Below, piece after piece: positions 22,811 to 26,314 of a DNA stretch of 26,314 bases; the first letter of the stretch is position 1; every line of letters begins with the position of its first letter. The notes below the pieces were generated by a model that saw only the letters and a list, made by a program, of their open reading frames with translations, was not told the DNA's origin and did not search any database. Position numbers and translations under genes: made by a program. Origin of the DNA: Octopus sinensis (Eukaryota); NCBI RefSeq assembly GCF_006345805.1, contig NW_021835628.1:1-26314 (forward strand), given 5' to 3'.

Positions 22811-22994
22811 AGTGGCATATCAAATAGCAGTGGATTTGACAGAATCTTTCATCCGAAGGAGGAACGTCTTATGGCGCTTAGTTTACTTCCTTTACGCTCT
22901 GAGTTCAAACTCTACAGAGGCCGACTTTGTTTTTCTCCTCTCGGGATAGATAAAGTAAAGTATCAATTGAGCTGCTGTGGTTTATATACCTTTT

Positions 22995-23405
22995 ACTATC
23001 ATTAGATTGCGGCCGTGCTGGGGCACCGCTTTGGCAAAAATTTCAAGACAGACTTATTCTATCTGTCTCTTTTGCACGAAATCCTAAGTTACGAAAACAT
23101 AAACACACTAATACCAGTTGTCAAGCGACTGTGGGAATGCAGACACAAAGGCACACACATACATATGTATATGTGTGTATGTTTATATATTTATATATTT
23201 ATATACACACACATACATGTACACATACACAAACACGCACACACACATACGACGAGCTTCTTTCAGTTTCCGTCTACCAAATCCACTCACAAGTCTTTGG
23301 TCAGCCCAAGACTATAGTAAGAGACACTTTCCCAACGTGTCACACAGAGGAACTGAACCCAGGACCATGTTGTTGGGAAAACAATTTTCTTACCATACGA
23401 CCACG
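22995..23405 (-). mobile_element. SINE family B, diverged full-length copy
   Basis: ttctttcagtttccgtctaccaaatccactcacaag..gaactgaacccaggaccatgt is the reverse complement of the head at 8421-8565; the tail lies at 22995-23150. Confidence 0.85.
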
Positions 23406-23999
23406 CTATTCGGCTATCACTTCCTCCTTGTGCCTGTATTAGATGTGTCATACTTATAGGTACTGCGAGTTCGAGTCCCACAGAAAAACATCGAATTTTT
23501 TAATGCAAGGGGATATCTTACCTTGTTTTTACATATTGTTTCTACCTTTATCTGCTGCAAGATCCACCGTTCCAAAAAAGAATTCTATAATACTTAGAGC
23601 AACTCAGAGAAAAACAAAATGGAAGATACAAAATGGAGGAAGAAAATAAGAAGGATGCTTTTATCTTGAGTTCGGAGAATAAGTTTATGACAAAAAGCTG
23701 ATAAAGATGAATCTTGGTTGGGCAGCGGATAATGGATGAAGATGGCGAAGTTGTGCAGAAGAGGATTTGAGGCGTGGGTGGGGGTGGAGTGATAACGGAA
23801 GCATGGACGGGAGGTGGGGTTAAGGGTTTGCGTAGAGAGATGGGTCGGGTGTGAAGAGTGTTAGATAGAATGAGTGTGTCAATAATTAGAACGAAAGAAA
23901 TGATAATAATGAATGAAATGAGAAAGTGAGGAGAGAGAGAGAAAAGGGGAAAACTCGTTAGTAAATAAGAAAATGGAGTCGGTGGAAAGAATAATTGAA

Positions 24000-24188
24000 A
24001 TGACGATGGCGACGACGACGACGAAGAAGACGAAGAAGAAGAAGAAGAAGAAGAAGAAGAAGAAGAAGAAGAAGAAGAAAAAGAAGAAGAAAAGAAGAAA
24101 AAGAAGAAAAAGAAGAAGAAGAAGAAGAAGAAGAAGAAGAAGAAGAAGAAGAAGAAGAAGAAGAAGAAGAAGAAGAAGAAGAAGAAAA
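24000..24188. repeat. (GAC)n(GAA)n trinucleotide tract within a purine-rich region
   Basis: Directly visible; about 160 bp of near-pure GAA. Confidence 0.95.
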
Positions 24189-24414
24189 ACAGTAGGAAAG
24201 CGGTGACAATGCCAATAATAACAACCAATGTAATAACGACTTGGCTGAGCAACGACAAAGAAGGAAATTGAAGGTGAAGGAAAAACAAAACAAAATATAT
24301 TGTTCGAGGAAGAATGAGATAAAAACAAATGAAATAAAAGAATTGAGGGGGTAGGTGGGGTGGGGGGCAAGATGTGGAATTGGTAAATAAGAGATGAAGT
24401 GTGGCGACCAAGGC

Positions 24415-24930
24415 TGATATATACAGATATGTTATAGGTACATACACACACACACCACAATATATATATTGTATGCATGTAATAAAGATATATCCATATA
24501 TTATATATATATATATATATTATAATATATATAAATACGTACGTATATATATATAGTATATATATATATGTGCATATATATATATGTGTGTGTATTTATG
24601 CATACATCATATATATGCTATATGTGTGTATATATATATAAAAGATATATATATATATATGTCATATTATATGTGTATGTGTGCGTATATATATATATAT
24701 AGGTGTATATATATGTATATATATGCATGTATTTTTTTATAAATAAATATATGCATGTATATACAATATATATAACAAAATACATATATATGTATGTGTG
24801 TATGTATGTATTTATGTATGTGTGTTTGTGTGTATTTGTGTGTGTGTATGCGTGAAAGATAGGGAAAAAAAAGGACCGAAAGAGAGAAGGGGAAATACAG
24901 AGAGAGAGAGAGAGAAAAAAAAAAAAAAGG
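24415..24930. repeat. (TA)n/(GT)n/(GA)n compound microsatellite
   Basis: Directly visible. Confidence 0.9.
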
Positions 24931-25399
24931 AGCGGGTTAATGGAAGGAGGGAGATTGCCAGCCACCACATTGACTTTAACTTAAGCGACTTGACACCACA
25001 TCTTGTCTTTTAATAAGTTCACCATATTGAAATAAAAATCCAGCATGAGTGTTATCACTTGCTGACATAGATGAACTTCTGCTTAATATTGTTCTTATTT
25101 ACACACAGATCATAGAAGCCAACGTCACTCCTTCCGCTCGGCTTCTTCATTCCACCTTCACTGCAAGCCACTTCCGCTTCTCTCCGGGTTCCAGTTTACT
25201 TGACATGTTTTTCTCGGCATTCCACCCCCCGCCCCCCACACTCCCAATCGGTCACCGTTGTTTCTTCATTCATTTTCCTCAGCTATCTGCTCCTCCTCTC
25301 TGTCTTTCGTTTTATCTTTCTTTTCTCCCTCTCTCTCCCTCTCTCTCTCTCTCTCTTTCGAAATGTTTACATAACATCTTATTTTCTGTAATGGTAAAT

Positions 25400-25445
25400 T
25401 GTGTATGGATGTGTTTGTGTATATATATATATGCATGTATGTATG

Positions 25446-25476
<31 letters not shown>

Positions 25477-25489
25477 GTGTGTGTGTGTG

Positions 25490-25528
<39 letters not shown>

Positions 25529-25735
25529 TGCATGTATGTATATATATGTGTGTATATATATATGTGTATATATATATATGTGTATAAATATATACATGTA
25601 TATATATATATATACATACACACACACACATACATTAATACATATGTTTATATAACATCTTATTTTCTGCAATGTTTAATTGTGTTTGTGTGTGCTGTGT
25701 GTGTATGTTTGTGTGCGTGTGTACGCATCTATACG
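25400..25735. repeat. (TA)n/(GT)n microsatellite bracketed by a duplicated segment of about 40 bp
   Basis: atgtttacataacatcttattttctgtaatggtaaattgtgt (about 25363-25404) recurs as atgtttatataacatcttattttctgcaatgtttaattgtgt (about 25644-25685). Confidence 0.85.
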
Positions 25736-25740
25736 TACTG

Positions 25741-25812
25741 CCAATAGTGTGGCTACAGTAGTTCTTAGCGTATGGTGGGTTATACCACATGTATTCTTGT
25801 CGTTTTCTTGAA
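25741..25812 (-). pseudogene. Penelope-like RT-endonuclease linker fragment
   Basis: SRKRQEYMWYNPPYAKN..(VAT)..IG matches the recalled PLE motif RKRxIIWFNPPYSKNVATNIG. Confidence 0.65.
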
Positions 25813-26314
25813 AAATTATGAATGCTTGAGTATTTGTGCAATGGAGAGTGATTACTCGTAGCTGTGCGAGCGTCCGTGTGTGTTATCGTGTGTTTGTAAA
25901 CACGTGTATGTATGTTTGTTTGCCTGTGCGTATGTCGATGCTTGTTTGTTTGTTTCTGTGCGTGTGCGCGTATGATTACCTGTTTATATACGTGTGTGTT
26001 TGTTTCTATACGTGTGTGTGCGTCTATACGAAACCGTATGTACGATGTTCATACATTAAAATGATGTGTTTGCTTTTATTTGAGGGTCTGTCGTTGATTA
26101 GTTCTCACGTGATTTTCGATATACGTATTATATTGTGTGTTACCGTCAGTCTGTTTTGTGTGAGTCTTTGTTACTGTGTAATATATGTGTGTGTGTGAGT
26201 GCATCCTTGTTTCTTCTGCATATCAGCGCCTATATTATATGCCTCATTGCTTTTACATGTAATATACCACACACTCATATATATGTGTGTGTGTGTGTGT
26301 GTGAGAGAGAGTGA

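Noticed and set aside
22618-22826. Possible plus-strand exon after ttttttctaatag
   Set aside because: The minus strand encodes a Tc1/mariner C-terminus, and the plus translation is unrecognisable.
23548-24478. Longest ORFs (301 and 199 aa)
   Set aside because: Poly-F/S/L from (TTC)n and pyrimidine-rich sequence lacking stops; no domain.
24935-25270. Unique sequence with an acceptor-like ttcttatttacacacag
   Set aside because: No convincing donor or recognisable peptide; it could be regulatory, but this cannot be supported from sequence alone.

Overview
Eukaryotic, AT-rich, microsatellite-saturated non-coding DNA. The SINE families and repeat landscape suggest an octopus (coleoid cephalopod) intron or intergenic region; this comes from recalled repeat sequences, not a search. 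I found no host exon. Most ORFs in the track are simple-repeat translations, and the few real protein signals are transposon fossils. The window holds two tRNA-derived SINE families (many copies, some multimeric with TSDs), five Tc1/mariner/pogo-derived elements, an RTE-like 5' UTR, Penelope-like (PLE) GIY-YIG and linker fragments, and an isolated 28S rRNA-like fragment. The most notable pattern is several unrelated short fold-back elements in (TA)n tracts, each carrying a minimal hammerhead-ribozyme (HHR) motif. One HHR looks intact (19023-19070, minus strand) and lies beside a perfect palindrome with 114-bp arms. Another (12916-12958) lies just upstream of the 28S-like fragment. All alignments and mismatch counts were done by eye.
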